NCBI GenBank assembly: GCA_963779865.1
Contig: CAVZZX010000003.1
Coordinates: forward strand, 1,924,429-1,988,428
From: an uncultured Gammaproteobacteria bacterium
GTDB taxonomy: Bacteria > Pseudomonadota > Gammaproteobacteria > CAVZZX01
Length of the DNA: 64,000 nucleotides
Reading direction: 5' to 3'
The notes beneath the pieces are model-generated. The model saw nothing but the letters and a program-made list of their open reading frames with translations. It made no database searches and was not told the DNA's origin. Positions 59,509 through 64,000 of the stretch are shown piece by piece. Made by a program: the position numbers and the translations under genes. How positions within the stretch are numbered: position 1 is the first letter of the stretch; each line of letters opens with the position of its first letter.

Positions 59509-59599
59509 GAGTGGTCCGTCCTGCTGCGCATGCGAAGTGCGCCTAGGATAGGCCTGCAAGTGCGCGGCGTCGCGACCGGCGCCACAGATCGCCGGCCCG

Positions 59600-60025
59600 C
59601 TACAGCGCAGGTGCGCCCGGATCGCCCGCCGTGTGATGCGCCTCCGGTGCTGCGGGCAGCGGCACGGCCTCGTCCCACTCCTGCAGCTCCAGGGCGCGGG
59701 CGATCTTGTCCTCGCGCAACAGGAGCATCGCAGAGGTAATGACGCGGATGCCGTCGGGGTATTCACAAAACTCGGTGAAGGCGAGCCGATCCTCGCCGAG
59801 CACCTCGTCCTCGATGCGATGCACCATGTCACGAGTGAACACATCGCGCAGGTGGGCGGCAATCGCTTCGCGACCGCGGATGTCCAGGGGCTCGCTGGGC
59901 GGGTGGTTGCGGTCGACGATGCGCAGCTGCGCGTCCTCGTGATAGAGGCTCAGGAGCAGTTCCACGTCGTGGGCCTCGACGGCGCGGTGCAGGGATTTGA
60001 AGAGGTTTGCTGTGACCTCGCTCAT
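59600..60025 (-). CDS. NTF2-like (SnoaL/DUF4440-like) protein
   Basis: 141-aa ORF with NTF2-like pattern. Confidence 0.45.
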   Translation of the reverse strand: MSEVTANLFKSLHRAVEAHDVELLLSLYHEDAQLRIVDRNHPPSEPLDIRGREAIAAHLRDVFTRDMVHRIEDEVLGEDRLAFTEFCEYPDGIRVITSAMLLLREDKIARALELQEWDEAVPLPAAPEAHHTAGDPGAPAL

Positions 60026-60079
60026 GTCCGTCCTCCGGATCGGGAAGTACGCCCGCGGCAGGGCAGCCGGGGGCAGGGC

Positions 60080-60334
60080 CTAGACACGGTCGAGGACCTG
60101 CTCGAAGTCCAGGGCGCCGCGCATCCCGCGCTCCAGGAGTCGGTGCGCCCGGCGGCTGCCATTGTTCACCATGAACTCCAGCCGCCGCACCTTCGGATCG
60201 CTCTCGTGGCCGTGCACCTGGGCCGCGGCACGGACGAGCGTCAGCAACTCCGCGGTTTCGAACGCCGAGAGGTCCGGCTCCGGCGTGCGGCGTATCAGCT
60301 GCGCAAGCACCTGCAGCGGCGTGCGCTGTCCCAT
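60080..60334 (-). CDS. Hypothetical small protein
   Basis: 84-aa ORF starting MGQRTPLQ. Confidence 0.3.
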   Translation of the reverse strand: MGQRTPLQVLAQLIRRTPEPDLSAFETAELLTLVRAAAQVHGHESDPKVRRLEFMVNNGSRRAHRLLERGMRGALDFEQVLDRV

Positions 60335-60510
60335 GTGCGTGTCTCCTTCGGGGCCTTTCCGTCCGTGGCCGCCCTCTCTGCGCCCCGTTCGCTGCGGAAC
60401 GCCTCGTCTGACAATAGCCCTCAGACGGCACAAATCAAACGCCCATCAGGCATTCGCCTGCCGCGGCTGGACGGCGCCCGAGGCTCGTCTACCATCATCA
60501 GCATTTCGCC

Positions 60511-61020
60511 ATGCACTCATGGACGCTGCCGATGGTGGACTCACCGCTGCTTGGACCCGTGGAACGCCGCAGGGGCGGCACCCTGCGCGTCAAAGTCCTG
60601 CTCGCCCACGCCTTCTCGGCCATTTTCCTCGCCCTGTCCATCGCCCTGGCCGGCTTCTCGGTATTCGAGTTCCTGAGCATCCCCTTCCGCGACGAACCGC
60701 TGGTGGGCAACGTACTCCACGCGATCAACACCGCCGTGATCGCGCTGGCCACCTTCGAGCTGTGGCTGGGTATCGCCAAGGAGTACACCAAGGACGACGC
60801 GGGGGAACATATTTATCACGGCATCCGCCGCAGCATCGCGCGCTTCGTGAGCGTGGGCTGCACGGCGCTGGTACTCGAGAGTCTGATCATGGTGATCAAG
60901 TACAGCCAGCTCGAGCTCGCCGGCAATCTCTACTACCCGGTGGCCATTGTCGCCGCCGCGGCCCTGCTGTTGATGGCGCTCGGCGTCTTTCTGCACCTCA
61001 CCCGCCCCGACTGCAACTGA
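60511..61020 (+). CDS. Hypothetical membrane protein
   Basis: 4 predicted TM helices. Confidence 0.4.
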   Translation: MHSWTLPMVDSPLLGPVERRRGGTLRVKVLLAHAFSAIFLALSIALAGFSVFEFLSIPFRDEPLVGNVLHAINTAVIALATFELWLGIAKEYTKDDAGEHIYHGIRRSIARFVSVGCTALVLESLIMVIKYSQLELAGNLYYPVAIVAAAALLLMALGVFLHLTRPDCN

Positions 61021-61343
61021 GGTGGCGGTGGGGCTTTTGCCCCGCGTCGGTGGGGGATATCCCCCAGCTGGGCGCCGCTCCCGGCCGGCACGGCGTGCGC
61101 GCCCGATGGCACGATCCGTGCCCACGTTCATCCCACCGCCGTATCCGGAGACATGCGCGTGCCAGCCAACCCCCCTGCCGCGGAAGGGCCCGGCGCCCAG
61201 CGCGGACCGTCCCGCCCTGAGCTGGCCGGCGCCGGGCGATGAGCCGGCGCAACGAGGTCAATCGGCCGAGCCGGCCAGAATCGCTTAGAATCGGAGAGGG
61301 AAAGTCCGTTTCGTCCTCCGGAGAAGCCCCCCTGCAGCTGCGC

Positions 61344-62775
61344 ATGAATCGCACTCGCATCTACCGCTGGTTCTGGCTCTCGGCGATCGTGCTCGGCGTC
61401 CTGCTGCTGGGCGCGGCGGTGCTGCTGGTGGCGACCAGCTGGCGGGGCATGCAGCGCCTGCAGCCGCTCAACGCGCATCTGGCGGACCTCAGCCGCGTCC
61501 AGGAGACCGGGCTGCGCATCCAGGACACGTTGATCGACATCCTGGAGCACGGCGGCAGCGCACCCGCGGCGCGCGTGGCGGCGCTGCGCACGCAGCTGCA
61601 CGCCCTGGTCGCGGAGAACACCGCGCTGGTGCCCGCCACACGCGCCCGCCTCGCGGCGGTCGACCATCTGCTCGAGCGACTGCAGCAGCAGCCCGACCGG
61701 GCGCTCATCACGGCCACCATCAAGCAGCTGCGCGGCGTGCTCTCAAGGGAAATCGGGGCGCACCAGGCCCTGCTTCGCGCCGTGGACGCGGACACCCGGG
61801 ACGAGTTCCACATCGCCGTCACCGGGGTGGTCGCCTTCGTGCTGCTGGCCGCCCTCGCCTTCGGCTTCCTGCGCCGCCGCATCCAGCGTCCGCTGGGCAA
61901 CCTGGCCTCGCTCATGGGGCTGCTGGCCGAGCGCGATTACCGATCGGTGCCCACCGACGACGTGGCGCCGCCGCTGCAGCCGCTGTTCTCGAACTACAAC
62001 CGCATGGTCGAGCGTCTTGCGCGGCTGGAACGCGAGGACCAGGCGCGGCGCGACTCGCTGGAGCGGGAGGTGCGCACCGCCACCGAGGCCCTGCTCGAGC
62101 AGCAGCGCAACCTCGGCCGCGCCGAGCGTCTGGCGGCCGTCGGCGAAGTGGCCGCCGGGCTCGCGCACGAGCTGCGCAACCCCCTTGCCGGGATGCAGAT
62201 GGCGCTGGTGAATCTGCGCCAGGACGTGGGCGAGGCGCAGCGCGAACGCCTCGATCTGGTGATCAGCGAACTGCAACGCATCGTTCACCTGCTCAACACG
62301 GCGCTGGGCCAGGCCCGGCAGCAGCCCGAGCCGGCGACCGACATCGTGCTGCCGGTGCTGGTGGCGGAGCTGCTGTCGCTCACCCGCTACCAGATCCCGC
62401 CGCGCATCGAGCTGCGCAGCGAGGTGCCCGACCCGCTGCGCCTGCACGCCCCTGCCGGCCAGCTGCGCCAGGCGGTGCTCAACCTGGTCCTCAACGCCGC
62501 CCAGGCCATGGACGGGCAGCCGGGCTGCATCAGCGTGCGCGCCATGAAGCAGCACGCCGACATTGTCCTGGAGGTGTGCGACGAGGGGCCCGGCTTCGCC
62601 CGCGAACTGCTCGACAGCGGCGTGCGCGCCTTCGGCAGCTGGCGCAAGGACGGCACCGGGCTGGGCCTGGCCATGGTCCGCCGCTTCGCCCACGATCTCG
62701 GCGGCGAGCTGCATCTGTCCAATCGCAAGCCGCGCGGCGCCTGTGCGGCGCTGCGCCTGCCGCAAAGGGAGCCCC

Positions 62776-62783
<8 letters not shown>
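61344..62783 (+). CDS. Membrane sensor histidine kinase
   Basis: TM helices flanking periplasmic region, H-box LAHELRNPL, N/G boxes (GTGLGLAM). Confidence 0.75.

Positions 62784-64000
<1,217 letters not shown>

Overview
High-GC (about 68-70%) chromosomal segment, gene order typical of a gamma/beta-proteobacterium: accB(partial)-accC-prmA, dusB-fis, purH-purD, a stand-alone phosphoribulokinase (prk, suggesting an autotrophic Calvin-cycle organism), rimO, mug. Most of the window is densely packed core and accessory CDS; I found no rRNA, tRNA or CRISPR. The only clear mobile element is one IS481-family insertion (about 27729-28753) flanked by CTAG. No single locus is a confident novel system; the best candidates for follow-up are (i) a minus-strand cluster at 37473-41291 (small protein translationally coupled to a NYN + cold-shock-domain protein, then TerB, an MBL-fold hydrolase and a GGCT-YcgN fusion), (ii) the PA2778/PA2779/YfaZ-like envelope trio next to the IS, (iii) a coupled DUF898-M48 peptidase pair, (iv) a divergent QueC-like protein in a signalling neighbourhood, and (v) two paralogous small cysteine-less HMA-like proteins. 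All calls are from reading the supplied ORF translations and the DNA by eye; no database search was run. Family names are from memory of motifs. Starts were chosen inside the supplied ORFs by homology to known N-termini and RBS inspection, and internal coordinates may be off by 1-3 nt. The many long Arg/Ala/Gly-rich ORFs in alternative frames are treated as high-GC frame artefacts.
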